A stretch of 64,000 nt of DNA from contig NC_058368.1 of assembly GCF_018350175.1 (NCBI RefSeq), positions 76,076,001-76,140,000 on the forward strand. Direction: 5' to 3'. The stretch's first letter is position 1; each line of letters begins with the position of its first letter. Both the position numbers and the translations under genes were made by a program. The stretch is from Felis catus. Its lineage: Eukaryota. Below are positions 13,461-27,227 of the stretch, in pieces. The notes below the pieces were generated by a model. The model worked only from the letters and a program-made list of their open reading frames with translations, was not told the origin of the DNA and searched no databases.

Positions 13461-13967
13461 ACGTTTTGATGCTCCTTCTGTCCCAAGTGCTAAAACGGAC
13501 GCCAAGGAGGCAAAGTGCCCCGAGTGGCCTTCATGAAGACTTCAAGGGGAGACTGGCGTGTGGTTCGCAGGCTTCGAAGATCTGCCCCATTCTGTTCTCA
13601 TCTCCAAGTCAGTCTTTCTTGCCATCCCACAGCATCTGTGACTTGGGACAGATTCTGCGTGGAAATGCACGTGTTCTAGTCATGTGGCTTCCAGGCAACT
13701 GGGCTGTTCTTTTCAACAGAACTTGACGTTTCAGCCCACATGGAAGAGAAGCATCAAGGGCGGGATGGACAGCGGCCTGCCACCGTCCCCTGGCTCAGGG
13801 CTGCTCTTCGTCCTCCTCGTGCCAGCTCCACGAAGGCACGAATCACTTAGTATGCCTGTGTGTGCGCCTAAGTGTCCTAGGTTGAATGTGGCCCACAACC
13901 CTTCTTTTTTTTTTTCTTTATTTTTTTGGTAATATATCTTCCATTGATCCCCTGCTGTGTTTCTACT
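13461..13967 (-). pseudogene. Candidate exon relic, about 505 nt, heavily decayed
   Basis: Acceptor gttcctgcttttag|; GC/CpG-richer unique sequence; the donor is weak and several stops are present. Confidence 0.3.
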
Positions 13968-14700
13968 CTAAAAGCAGGAACAGCTCAGAAGTTGACAGGA
14001 AATTGTTTCCTGGTGTTCAAAGAACTTCATACGGGCTTCATACCAAAAAAAAAAAAAAAAAAAAGTAAAGGGAATGCCCATAATTGTTTAAATGAAGAGT
14101 CGCCTCCAAATCACTGACTTCCATTTTTTGGTTGTTGCGTAGATGCACAATTGTCTTTAGAACTCTCATAATTATCATTTATATTTGCTCAACCTCTGCC
14201 TCTGTCGAGCCTCTATTACACAGAGATAAGCGATGCAAACTTCAAGGACAAACGTTAACAAAACTTACATGAGTAGGAAAACAGTAAGAAATTTTAGAAA
14301 GCAGGATGTGAGATCTTCCAGGTTGTGCTCTGACACGTCAAACCCAGGGCTTCCTCACTCCTGCCCTAACAAGAAAATTCACTGAATCTTCTTGGATGTG
14401 TCACAGAGCTGAGGTTACAGGATAAAATGCCACCTCATCCGGACACATGCAGCAAAGACCTGCTATCTGGAATAATGAGTGTAGCAAGGCCGAGGGGTTC
14501 ACTGTCAATATTAAAAAGCTCAATGCCTTCCTATTTATACGAGATGAATACTGAAACTTGAAATGAAAAAAACCTCCCCATTTAGAATAAATAGCATACA
14601 GTAAATGAAATATTTAGATATAAATCTAACAAAATATGTACATAATTTGTATATGGAATAATTTGCATGTACATAAAACACTGATGAAAAAAACAAAGAA

Positions 14701-14928
14701 GGGGCGCCTGGGTGGCGCAGTCGGTTAAGCATCCGACTTCAGCCAGGTCACGATCTCGCGGTCCGTGAGTTCGAGCCCCACGTCAGGCTCTGGGCTGATG
14801 GCTCGGAGCCTGGAGCCTGTTTCCAATTCTGTGTCTCCCTCTCTCTCTCCCCCTCCCCCGTTCATGCTCTGTCTCTCTCTGTCCCAAAAATAAATAAATG
14901 TTGAAAAAAAAAATTAAAAAAAAAAAAA
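14701..14928 (+). mobile_element. CanSINE (young felid subfamily)
   Basis: cttcagccaggtcacgatctcgcggtcc variant, TSD aaaaaaacaaagaa. Confidence 0.97.
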
Positions 14929-15104
14929 ACAAAGAAGATCTAAGTAACTGGAGATATATTCCATGTTTATAGATTAGAAGGATCCATATTTTTAAAATGT
15001 TAGTTCTTTCCAGTTTGATCTATACCTTCACTGCCATTTCAATAAAAATCCCGGTAAGCTATTTTTCAGATATCAAGAAATAAATTCCTTTTTTTTCTTA
15101 AGGT

Positions 15105-15325
15105 TTTTTTGTTTGTTTGTTTTATGTTTATTTATTTATTTTGAAAGAGCACGCACACATGAGCAGGGGAGGGGCAGAAAGAGAGGGAGAAAGGGGATTA
15201 CAAGCAGGCTCCATGCTGTCAGCAGAAAGCCCAATGCGGGGCTCCATCCCATGAACCACTGAGATCATGACCTGAGCCAAAATCGACAGCCGGACGCTTA
15301 ACCGACTGCCCCACCCAGGAGCCCC
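15105..15325 (-). mobile_element. CanSINE
   Basis: Antisense, full length. Confidence 0.92.
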
Positions 15326-17417
15326 AACAGATCAATTCTAAAGTTCATATAAATGGCAAAATATCTAGATTAAGCAGTACAGTATAGAAGAAGAAGAGGA
15401 GGAAGAAGATGGTCAAAGGACTTATACTGTCCAATTTCAAGATTTACTGTAAAGCTCCAATAATCCAGACAGGATGGTATTGGCCACAGGACAAACACCG
15501 AGTCAATGGAACGGAACAGAGAACCAGATATCGATACATGCAAATAGAGTCACCTGGTCTTTGGCGACAGGGGAAAGATGACTGAAAGAAGAAAGGACAG
15601 AGTTTTCAACAAATGGTGCTGGATTCACTGGACATCCACATGCCAAATCAGGGCAAACAAATAAAAAACACCTTAGACCTTACACAAAAATGAACTCAAA
15701 GTGGATCACTACATATGTAAGATGCAATCTATAAAACATCTAGAAAAAACACAGAAGTAAATCACTGTGACCTTGGATTTAGTGATGAGTGTTAAATACA
15801 ACACCACTAACACAATCAACAACAAAAACATGTTGGACTTTATTAAAATTAAAAACCCTTTGAGAAAGGCACTGTGCAGAGAACAAAGACAAGTCTGGGA
15901 GAAAATATTTGGGACTGGGAGAAAATATTTGCAAAACACATACCTAATAAGAGATTTGTATATAAAATATACAAAGAATTTCTAAAATCCACCAAGAGAA
16001 CACAATTTTTAAAAATGAGCATAATTTCTGGATAGACACCTTGCCAGAAAAGATACGCAAATTTGTAAGAAAGCATACAAATAATCCGTTATTTGTCATC
16101 AGGAAATGCAAATTAAGACAATGAAATAATCACTACACATTAAATGTCTAAAATAAAAATTGAAACAACAACAACAACAACAACAACAACAAAAACCTGA
16201 TAATATAAATCCTGGCAAGGATGAGGAGTAGTGGGAACTCTCATGAACTGCTGATAAGAGTTCAAAATGATACGTCTGCTTTAGAAGACAGCGGGGCAGT
16301 TTCGTACAAAGCAAAACAAAGCCTTAAACCAGAAAATCCAGCCACTGCATTACTAGGCATTTAACCAACTTATTTGAAAACTCACATCCGCACAAAACCC
16401 AGCAAACAAATATGTACAGTAGCTTTATTCGCCGTCGCTCAAAAGTGGAAACAGCTGAGATGCCCTTCGCTAGGGTAGATGGGGGAAGAGTGGTACATCC
16501 ATACAATGGGATACTATTCAGTGATAAAAAAAAAAGAGCTAGCAACATATACGCAGATATAGATGAATATTAAATTAATATCGCCACATGAAAGAAGCCA
16601 TTCTGAAAAGGCTACACACTGTATGATCCCATTTTTATGACATTATGGAAGGACAAAAGAGACAGGAACAGATCAGTAGTTGCAAAGGGTTCCATGCAGA
16701 GGAGAGAGCACAAGGGATGAGGGGCAGGGGGAGTGAAACTATTCTGTATGATACTGTAATGGTGGATTTATGATGCTAAGCTTTTCTCAAAAACTTGGGA
16801 GAAATGGCTGGGGTCAGTGATATATGGAAGGAGCCTGGAGCATGTTGAAGTGTCAGAAAGATGGTCCACCCCGAAAATCCACAACAGCATCAAAAGGACA
16901 TAGCAGCCAGCTGAGCGGGCCAAATGGCCAAACCTGGAACAATTGGGGCAAAAATAAATACAGTAAGACGGGATTATATCCCAAAGGTCAAAAGCAATAC
17001 CTATGAATCCACATTCATGTACGTAACATATTGAAATAAGATGACTGAATAAGTAAACAAACTGGGGAGGAAGGATACATCTCTCATCAAGATGAATCCC
17101 AAATAATTTATATTGATTCTTTGTTTTCAAGAACCTGCAGCATAATTCTCCACTCCTTATGCGTGGGTGTTCACAGTGACCTCCTTCCAAACAATGCAGA
17201 ATGGAAATGAAAAATATTAACAGTGGAAACATATGACAAACATTACCTCCACTGGGGGATTAATGTCAACATCAGTGGTTGTAAGCCATGTTGATAATAT
17301 GCACCTGTGATTATGTATGATGTGACGAAAACGGTACTTTGCCTCTGTGATCTTCCTCCCTGAAGAGCCTAATAGTGACTAAAAGATACAAAAAAAAATC
17401 TCCAGAAAGGGATATTC

Positions 17418-17453
<36 letters not shown>

Positions 17454-17494
17454 CCGATATTCCTCAAAACTGTCAGTCATAAGAAAACAAGAAA

Positions 17495-17728
17495 GAGGTG
17501 CCTCAGTGGCTCAGTCGGTTAAGCAGGCAACTCTTGATTTCAGCTCAGGTCATTATCTCAGGGTTCATGAGTTCAAGCCCTGTGTAAGGTAAGACTCTGT
17601 GCTAACAGCTCAGAGTCTGCTTGGGATTTTCTCTCACACTGCCATCCCTTCCCCACTCGTGTGCTGGCTTCCTCTCTCTCTCTCTCTCTCTCTCTCTCAA
17701 AATAAACAAATAAGAAAAAAAAAAAAAA
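17495..17728 (+). mobile_element. CanSINE
   Basis: Head, CT tract, A tail. Confidence 0.92.
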
Positions 17729-17802
17729 GGAACAATTTCAAGAACTGTCACTGACCAAGGTAGCCTAATGACACAAGATGATTAAAAGTTCTGTGGTGTC
17801 CT

Positions 17803-18016
17803 GGGGCACCTGGGTGGCTCAGTCGGTTGAGCGTTCAACTTCGGCTCAAGTCGAGAACTCACGGTCTGTGAGTTCGAGCCCCGCGTCGGGCTCTGTGCTG
17901 ACAGCTCAGAGCCTGGAGCCTGTTTCGGATTCTGTGTCTCCCTCTCTCTCTGACCCTCCCCCGTTCATGCTCTGTCTCACTCTGTCTCAAAAATAAATAA
18001 ACATTAAAAAAAAAAA
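17803..18016 (+). mobile_element. CanSINE
   Basis: Full length, TSD aaagttctg(t/c)gg(t/g)gtcct. Confidence 0.96.
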
Positions 18017-18709
18017 TAAAGTTCTGCGGGGTCCTGAGTACATTCCTAGAACAACAACAGCAACAACAAAAAAATTAGGTAAAAGTTTAAGGAAATCTAA
18101 ATAAAATATGGACTTAGGTTAAAAATAATTCATTAGAACAAGGGCACCATATTAATGTAGGTCGTTAATGACAGCAGAAGCCAGGCTGGGGTGTGAGAGC
18201 TTTCTGCATTCTTGTTGGGATTTTTCTGAACATTTCTAACTACTCAAAACTTAAATGTTTATTTTTATTTTATAAAAATAATTTCATAAAAATAACCAAA
18301 GTGGTGTATCTGTGAGAGAGGAAAATTATAAGGAAAAGGAACAGAAGAAAGGGATTTTTAGGCACCTTTCCTCATTATTCTACTCTAAAGGCCTTAGTCA
18401 TAGATATTCAGTCAGAGTTTATAAGAAACATTGAGGAATAACAAAGTATCCACATTGACCAAATGATTCTGGCTTATTTGCAGCAGCATAATGAGTACAG
18501 AATGACAACTCGGCTTCATAATAAATGTTTTGTACCTTGCTGTCTCACTTTTTCTAAGGTTTATAGAGTCTGCCCTTCGTATTGTGTTATTTCAAAAATG
18601 AAAATAACACAGTGAATGTGAATGGAGTATCATAGCTTCAGATAATAGAGTTGGCAAGGTAGGAAAAGTGAGGGCAGCAGAAGCTTCCAGCTCATTGAGG
18701 AGCACAGAA

Positions 18710-19125
18710 TCTGTTTAAAAAAACTCAACGGAGTAAATTTTAAAGAAATGTTAAAGATGTAATGCAAACGTTAAGGATCCTACTGGTTTGAGTCAATGAT
18801 TCATGAACCAGGCAGCATCTACGCAGCACACAGAAGGGAGCTGGGAAGGGCTGTACAGAACGAAGGACTCTCCCGGATGGAGGGCGCGGGACCAGGAAAT
18901 CCTGTTCTAGCAGAGAGAGCTCATTTTGTGTGGCAAGGTCACCTTGCTATTTAGGAGATGGCTGGGGTCTGTTTACCTGCTAGTGTCGACCAGGTAATTC
19001 CAGACTGACTGGTTTAAGATTCCATTTCTGGGGAGGCTGGACTGTAATTAAGGTGGGCATTAAGTCTCCATTTGGTGACTTGGAGCTGAGAACAAATGAC
19101 TTTGGAGCTGAGTACAAGTGGTTGT
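18710..19125 (-). mobile_element. Probable ERV-type solo LTR
   Basis: Resembles an antisense ERV1 LTR (gattcatgaaccaggcagcatc; gactggtttaagattccatttctggg); family not assigned. Confidence 0.55.
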
Positions 19126-19236
19126 CTGTTTTTTTTAATGTTACTAAATCATTATGGTTCACATCTTTCTACGTAAATAGCATATGGTGATCATTATACC
19201 ACCCCGTGTCTAACGACTAGAATAAAATGATCTGTA

Positions 19237-19444
19237 GGGGCGCCTGGGTGGCTCAGTCGGTTGAGCCTACGACTTCGGCTCAGGTCATGATCTCACGGTT
19301 TGTGAGTTTGAGCCCCACGTCGGGCTCTGTGCTGACAGCTCGGAGCCTGGAGCCTGTTTCAGATTCTGTGTCTCCCTCTCTCTCTGCCCCTCCCCAGCTT
19401 GTGCTCTGTCTCTCAAAAAATAAATAAATGTAAGTAAAAAAAAA
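19237..19444 (+). mobile_element. CanSINE
   Basis: Full length, TSD agaat(a/t)aaatgatctg. Confidence 0.96.
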
Positions 19445-19914
19445 TTAGAATTAAATGATCTGCACCTCAGGATGGTTTAAAGCCGTAAAGCCATTCTCTG
19501 GCAAGAATGCCGAAAGACATAAAGGGCTCTTAAGCATTCAGCAACAGGTTTCAAACGTTGTCCTTGCAGCTAATAAGTTTTATTATAAATAAAACTGAAA
19601 GATGACGCAGGCCTACAAAAAGTCAATGTCTGCAAAAATAACTGAACTTCTCTTCACTTTAAAAGAAGTGTTTTTTTTGAGAGTGTTGAGCTCGAAAATA
19701 AGATCAGAGTGTGCTTATTTTAACATATTACCTCTTCTTATTTTAACAAATGAGAATGGCCTTTCTTCTTGGCAGCCTTCAGAAAAGAAAATATTTTCCT
19801 CTCTCTTGTCAAGCTGCAGTTTCAGAATTCAAAAAAAAATTAATAATAATAATAATGAGTTGCCAATGCAGTTCGAAAATGAGAAGTATTTCTTTTGTTG
19901 CTAGAAACACTTAC

Positions 19915-20417
19915 TTCAAACCAGCTCTGAATTGGTATTTGTCCACGAGGGACAATCTTTCTAATGGTCTGGCTCTGTACCAAGAGGAAGCAACGTTCAT
20001 TTCGCAGAACTTCTCAAGATGGTGATTTGCAATGGTATATTCATAACAATTAAGGCAAAACTAACTTCGCACACGTCACAAAGATGGGGGGCTGCTGCCA
20101 CACCCCACTGGATGGCTGGCAGGGCCATTTGGCTTCACGGTAAGCAAGACCTTGCACCCAGGATAGGTATGGCACACACCTGCAGGTGACTGACCCGCCT
20201 TCTCTTTCTTTCCCTAGTGCCTTGTCTGTCTGTCGTAGAGACCTCGAAGGCTTGAAACCTGATTTTTCCCTCCTTCTGGGGGGGGAAAGCCATAGTCTGC
20301 TGAGGTCACTTCCTCTCTGTCTTGTTTTCCTGCCCGGAGGTGCTGCCCCCACTGCGGGAAGTTACGAGGGCCCCACTTCCTTGTCGCCAATATCTCACCT
20401 GCCTATCCCTGTATTTC
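19915..20417 (-). pseudogene. Candidate exon relic, 503 nt, Cys-rich (HLCDVCEVSF/CLNCYEYTIANHHLEKFCEMNVASSWYRARPLERLSLVDKYQFRAGL)
   Basis: Acceptor ttattttgtgcaacag| and donor GAA|gtaagt; two TGA stops plus one 1-nt deletion whose repair gives 504 nt, phase 2-2. Confidence 0.6.
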
Positions 20418-20759
20418 CTGTTGCACAAAATAAATACTCTGTGTTTAATCCACCACGACAACAATTTTCTGTTACCGGGGGGTGATTCTAGTTGTAACTG
20501 CGATAGTAAGGTAATAGTAAAATTCAATAGTAAAAAAAAATAGTAAAATTTTTTTTTAAGTGGTTAACCCTCTAGAGGCCCAAATGAATAACATCCAAGA
20601 TACTGAAGGAAATCTGAATGACAGGTGATATGGAAATGCTTGAGCAGTACTCAAGGAATATTTGAATGCATTCTTCAGTAAGTCTCAAAAAAACATCTGT
20701 ATGAAGGGTGATATTATTGTTGCCATCATCTTACTGAGAAGGCAACAAAAGAGACGTTT

Positions 20760-21785
20760 CAGGAATTCAGCAAATACAGACCTATGCTCACTATACACTG
20801 TGCTCTAGTAATAGGAGACATGGAAATGAACACAGCCCTGTACTCCTGAAACTTACAGAGCAATGTTAGAGAAAACACTCACATTTTCACAAAAGACAGT
20901 ATAAGATTACAATGGTTTTTAAGTGCGTGGGAGGCAGGTCGTGTCTGGCCTTATCTCGGCCCTCAAGGAAGAGAGAGCCCTGACAACGTAAGAAATGCGA
21001 TGAACTTGAATGATCGTAGGTATGAACCGAAGTGGGAGAGTTAGAAGAAAACATGACAAGAAAAGAAAACAGCACCTGCAAGGCCCCGCAGTGGAAGACA
21101 CTGAAAGACGTGTAAAGAAATCAGTGAAGGTTGAACCCGCAAGGGCGAGAGCCTGGTTCACCATGACATTGAAGAGAAGAGAAGGGTAGCAAGCAGCAGA
21201 AGCAGGTAGCCTTGCAGGCCGGGCAGAGGGCTGGGTCTTACCGAATAACAATGGGGAATCGTGAAAGGCTTTTAGTAGTGGGATAAATTGCCAGATCTGC
21301 ATTTGGCAACTATCCTTGTGGCTAATATACGAGAAATGATTTGGATGGATAAAAGGATGCTCAAAGTAGCAAAGGCAAGGGGCAGAAAGGAGGCTAACCC
21401 TTACGTTGTGTGAAATGGTGTTCGTGGAACGGAGATAACGGTGGAGAGCAGCAGCCCAGGTGGTTATGACAGGAGACAAAATAAGGGATGTTTAGGAAAA
21501 AATCCACAAACGCTGTGACAGCATGGACATGGTGACGTGTACAAGTACTGGAAAAAGTGTTCAAGTATTAGTCTTTGATTTTGGCCATAAGCAATTTGAC
21601 ATAAGGTAGAACTACTGTCAGAAGCAGAGAAAACTGGAAGAGGTCTGGGAAGGAAAATCAGGAATTCCCTTTGTGACATGGTAGAATACGAGAGGCACTT
21701 AAGACATCCCGATGGAACGCCAAATAAGCAATCGTTGAAAGGGCTTGGGTCAGTGGAGGCGGGGTTGAAAATATAAATTTGTGCG
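20760..21785 (-). mobile_element. L2 LINE fragment
   Basis: Purine-rich antisense L2 pattern (caatggggaatcgtgaaaggcttttagtag; agacatcc...ggaa...aagca). Confidence 0.75.
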
Positions 21786-22134
21786 AGCTGATTTCAGCCT
21801 CTCACTGTTTCCCTCATTCATGGGTAAGTTCAATAAAAGTTGGATGTGTTTATTTTCCATTTGCCTGGACAGCATGACTTTACTTTTTTGAAAATTATTT
21901 ATTAACAGGTGTAGGAGTAGGTCATCTATCGAAAGGTTCAGCTGGTAACAAAATCCAGTTAAATGTAGCTGCTAGAGAAAGACACCTGAGGGCTGGTTTA
22001 AGCCTTGAACTAAGGCTCCTGCTACACACAAAGAATCAAAAGTAGCAACAAAAGTTTAACTTTGTTAACTCTGTTTCTTGCACAGTTTTTTTTTTTTCCT
22101 ACTGACTTTGTGTTTTGTTTTGGCCCAGGCTAAC

Positions 22135-22488
22135 CCATGCCTGGTCATGTAATTCCTGATTGGAGGAAACAATTAAGAATTTGGTTTTCTGATCTGATAA
22201 GTTGAGTATCTCTGTAGATCTCCTCTTTTTTGAATGAAAGATTAAAGATAATCTCAGTAGGTCTTACTGTCTATTTTTCTATTCGTGAGCTCAACTCAGC
22301 TAAGGATTTCATATGCATTGGGAAATAAAACAGCTCTTTGATGCGGACTAATAAATTTTTGTATCTTTGCCTGTATGTTTGGCCTGTGGCTAAAGTCGCT
22401 GGATGAAGCTATGAGCTCTCTAATGTCATGTCTGTGATTAAAAAAGAGCTTGATTTCTTCTTGTGGATATGAAATATTTTCCTTTCTC
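22135..22488 (-). pseudogene. Candidate exon relic, 354 nt (RKENISYPQEEIKLFFNHRHDIRELI...RNYMTRHG; 4 stops)
   Basis: Acceptor ttttaatttaag| and donor TGG|gttagc (an alternative donor lies at 22266-22267); phase 2-2, compatible with 19915-20417. Confidence 0.45.
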
Positions 22489-22511
22489 CTTAAATTAAAA
22501 AAAAAAAAAAC

Positions 22512-23235
<724 letters not shown>

Positions 23236-23372
23236 CTGCTCCAAGTAGCTTATAAAGACATATAAGCACTCAATACATCCATTATTCCTGAACTTCAAGG
23301 AAAATTTAAAAAAATAACTTATAATAATTTAAAAGGACTAGATTTAAAAAAAAAATAAAATGTGTACTTCAC

Positions 23373-23498
23373 GGGACGCCGGGATGGCTCAGTCAGTTGG
23401 GCTACCAACGCTTGATTTCAGCTCAGGTCATGATCTCACAGTTTGTGGGATCGAGCCCCGCATCTGGCTCTGCACCAAGAGCATGGAGCCTGCTTGGG

Positions 23499-23553
<55 letters not shown>

Positions 23554-23623
23554 TTCTTTCTCTCTCTGTACCTCCCCCTTCTTGTACTCTCTCTCTCAAA
23601 AATAAATAAACATTAAAAAAATT
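23373..23623 (+). mobile_element. CanSINE
   Basis: TSD aaaa(t/c)gtgtacttca. Confidence 0.95.
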
Positions 23624-23694
23624 AAAACGTGTACTTCAGAAACATTTTAAGATTCCACATTCATATAATTGAATAAATCTTTGGCAAATTAAAG

Positions 23695-23717
23695 CTATCT
23701 ATCTATCTATCTATCTA

Positions 23718-23748
<31 letters not shown>
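23695..23748. repeat. (TCTA)n tetranucleotide microsatellite
   Basis: Read directly from the sequence. Confidence 0.95.
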
Positions 23749-24429
23749 CATATACATGTTTGTTTACACCTAGATCTCTTATCCTGGCATCAGGGGCTGA
23801 CTGTGTCTCATTCTAATGTGAAGCCCCTGCCACCACAAGTAACAATGGAACATGGGCTACATGTATGTTTGCTCAATGCACATGCCCCTTCTTTCCTTAT
23901 GAACAGTCCTAGGTTCTCTTGCCCTTTTATAAGTATGCATATAACCCCCACCCCTATGATTCTAAAAACCTTCCTCTCTCCCACCTCAGGGAGGAGGACC
24001 TGAGGTTGCCTGCCTTTCTCCTGCCTTAGGAATAAACCCTGTCCCTGCTGCACACTCAATGTCTCAGTGATGAGCTTTGCTGTGCTTTGGGCAGACTAAT
24101 TTGGGTTCTGCTACAAACTCTTTAGATTTTGCTTAAGACTCTATACTAAATTAGGGGAAAATAAAGTTTTGTACATCTTTTACACTTAAAACTAATCTTA
24201 GGGGTCAGTGGGTAATCACAAAGATGTGTTTGGGTTTTTTTGCTTGTTTGGTTTTTGTTTTTGTTTTTTTATCTCATAAAAAGAAAGTGCTAGAAATAAT
24301 TAGGTTTGACATACTCCATATTTCTTAACTCACCTCAACGCTGTAGTAAGAGCTGCCTGGGAAAAGTTGTAAAATCAAAAGGGATGCTATACTGTCACCA
24401 GATAAAGTTTTAACAGGAGACTGTTACGG

Positions 24430-24815
24430 TACTAATCTGCCCAGGCAGCCATAACAAAATACCATAGGCTGGATGGCTTAAATAGTAGAAATACATTTCC
24501 TTGAAATCTGGAGACCAGAAGTCCAACATCAAAGTGTTGGCAAGGTTGGTTTCTGGTGAGACCTTTCTCCTTAGTTTGCAAAAGGCCACCTCTCACTGTG
24601 CCCCTCTAGGGCCTTTTTGTGTATGTATGCACAATGCTGTGTCTCTCTCTCTTCTCGTAAGGACACCAAACATATTGCATCAGGACCCCAACGTTATGAT
24701 ATTGTTTATCCTTAATAACCTCCTTAACAACCTGATCTCCAAACACAGCCACATTGAAGGTTAGACATTATTAAGCATATGAACTCAGTGGGGGACACAA
24801 CTCTGTCCATAACAA
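24430..24815 (-). mobile_element. MaLR LTR (MLT1A/B-like)
   Basis: gccataacaaaataccataggctggatggcttaaa...gaagtccaacatcaa...gggggacacaactc. Confidence 0.85.
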
Positions 24816-25980
24816 TTATTAACATAAATATTTCAGAAAGCATATAATTTATGGGAAGACCCTAGAGATTTGCCACTTCTCTGGCTATCCATCATATATT
24901 CTTAGCTTCAAGGAAACATTACCAGACCCTTACAAAATAGTTGTGCAGTATACCCAATAGAGACTCACCCTCTCCTCCATTCTGAGACTATTTGCTGTTA
25001 TAATAAATTACCTACAGGCACTCAGTTTTTGCAATCCATAGGTAGTTTTTTATACCGCTGCATATCTGAAGGCTCTGATATAAGCCTCACACCAGAGCTT
25101 ATGTCTTCAATAAGGAAGGATACTCTCAGAGCTTCATGGAAAAGTCTGCACCCAGGGACTTTTAATTATTGATTACTTCCAGAATGTTCTCTGGTGTATA
25201 GGTTTCTGAGATGATAGTGTCACCAGCTGGACCCCAAGACCTGATCTTTACCGCCCACCAGTCTGTATTCACTGACCTCTGTTCCGCATTTTTCCTTAAG
25301 CTTTTCTTGAACTTAATCCCCAACTCACACCTGCACAGATGGACCATGAAGTGACCCTTGAAGTGACTGACAGGTACCTTTCCATCATTATAATACCAAA
25401 ATCTCATTTACCCAACACACAATGTATGTATCGGTATGTTTCGTTAAGGTGCTCCTATGTCCTCTATATCCTCTACAAGGTGCCTCTATATCCGATGGCA
25501 AGTCTGCTCTATCTAAATATTCATCGTGACCCTAAATAAAAGAAACCCATTCACCTCTGCTCAGAGAGTCATGGCATTGCAAGTCACCCCCAGTGATCTC
25601 TTTATTTGCTGCCCATAAAGTTTCCTTTGTGCGACCACTCACCCAATGTAGTTGATCTGTGAGTTACCAAGGCACAAACTCAGACAAACTTAGTTTGGTT
25701 ACAAGAGTGCGTTATAATTCTCAGACAGTAGCAGTAAACAGGGGCAGGCTTTCCAGGGCACATGTTCCCAAAGTAGACTTCCGTCATGGAAGCAGGAACC
25801 ACAGAACGAGTAGTAATTCTGTAGGTGAGCCTAATAAGGGAAAGGAAAGTTGGGGGGGAGGGGGGAATATTGCTACTGTTATTTCAATGTTCTAAATCAT
25901 ACATAACAAAGGCCTTCCCCTCTTTTGAAGCAAATCTAACCCTCAACTTTATAAGCTCTGCTTTTGAAGTAATAAGCCAT

Positions 25981-26186
25981 TTAAAAAATTTTTAATGTTT
26001 ATTTTTGAAGGAAAGAGAGACAGAGCGTGAGCAGGGGAGGGGCAGAGAGAGAGGCACAGAATCCAAAATGGGCTCCAGGCTCTGAGCTGTCAGCATAGAG
26101 CCCGACATGGGGCTCGAACCCACAAACCATGAGATCATGACCTGAGATAAAATCGGATGCTTAACCGACTGAGGCACCAGGGCGCG
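25981..26186 (-). mobile_element. CanSINE
   Basis: Antisense. Confidence 0.94.
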
Positions 26187-27090
26187 GGTTTAAAAATAAA
26201 CCATTTTTAAAGGTGTCTGATCCTTACTAACCCCTCACAAGTCAGAAACTTCACTAAATCTCCTAATGTTTCATGGAAAATCTGCGTGGATGTTTGCATA
26301 AGTTCTCTAAGACTCTATCTTCTATTTTACTGGGATATAATTGGACAATTGGTGCAACCAACACCTCACATGGAGTGCCATGTTGGAAAATGATTCTCAT
26401 TTCATCAGGCCCAACCAGTCCTGTTAAGTAACACGGTTGACTTTACGGGCAGAGCCAAAGCCTCAGAGCCTTTCCTGGAAAAGCATTCAGGTACCTGGCT
26501 TACAGGTTCTCAGGTGGTAACAAAGGTCACTCCCTGGCACATCACACACCTTAGCTAATTTGAGGAATGCATCCCAACGTACCAGGAATGCAGGCTAAGT
26601 CTGGTTTGGTTTTTTAGCTGTGGAACGGCAAATCACAAAGGCTTTTAGAATCCCAATCCAGGATTCCTCAGGAAAACCCCCAGACACTACGTTACTTCTT
26701 GGCCTTAGGAGCAGCTCAATAATTGATTTTGATCTCCAAAGCAAACTCAAGGATCCCCATGTGGTTAATTTAAATTCGGCTGCCTCTATGTAAATAATCA
26801 AGTCAAATCTAGCGAGATTTGTCTTGCGATCAAGAATCCTTCAGAGATTAACTTCGTCAGAGGGGAGAAGCTCAGGAAACGGGCAGCAGAAATTACTGGA
26901 TGTTCTTTCAGTGACATGCTGGGAGTTACTCCAGAAGCTCTGAATGATCATCTGACTCTACGGGAATGTGCATCTTTGGTTGTCTTACAATTCTGCAGAG
27001 ATGGAACTTAAGTTGTAACAGTGTGAATAATGCAAATGTTTCCTTCCATAGGCACGGCAAATACTGTTCATGACACTATAAATGCATCCT

Positions 27091-27121
27091 TCCCCTCCCT
27101 CCCCCCCCCCCCCCCCCCCCC
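27091..27121. repeat. Poly-C tract (G-rich on the minus strand)
   Basis: tcccctccct followed by a 21-nt C run. Confidence 0.9.
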
Positions 27122-27176
27122 GAGAATATATATCTCTGTGTGTCAAATTCTCACGGAGCTGGTTATAACATCTTAC

Positions 27177-27227
27177 TTCTTCCCTCATTAACATGTCTCC
27201 AAGGAGACAAAGCAGGAATAGTCAGAA
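27177..27227 (-). pseudogene. Candidate 51-nt exon relic (LTIPALSPWRHVNEGR)
   Basis: Consensus acceptor ttttcttgttttccttctacag| and donor GAA|gtaaga; symmetric phase 1-1, open. Confidence 0.5.

Larger units (their letters stand above)
14490..18290 (+). mobile_element. Old L1 (L1MC-like) ORF2 3' part and 3'UTR, interrupted by four SINEs
   Basis: Degenerate ORF2 motifs (ttcaacaaatggtgctgg, aactcaaagtggatca, ggaaatgcaaattaagac) and long L1MC-type UTR. Confidence 0.85.
23770..26880. mobile_element. Cluster of ERV LTR and internal fragments (LTR ends near 24115 and 25703)
   Basis: aataaaccc...tgctaca and cataaagtttcc...ggttaca LTR-type 3' ends; MER4/ERV1-internal-like antisense sequence. Confidence 0.55.

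Noticed and set aside
16768..17232. 154-aa minus-strand ORF
   Set aside because: It is antisense to an L1MC-type 3'UTR.
20919..21479. Longest ORF in the track (186 aa)
   Set aside because: It lies within an L2 relic and has no gene context.
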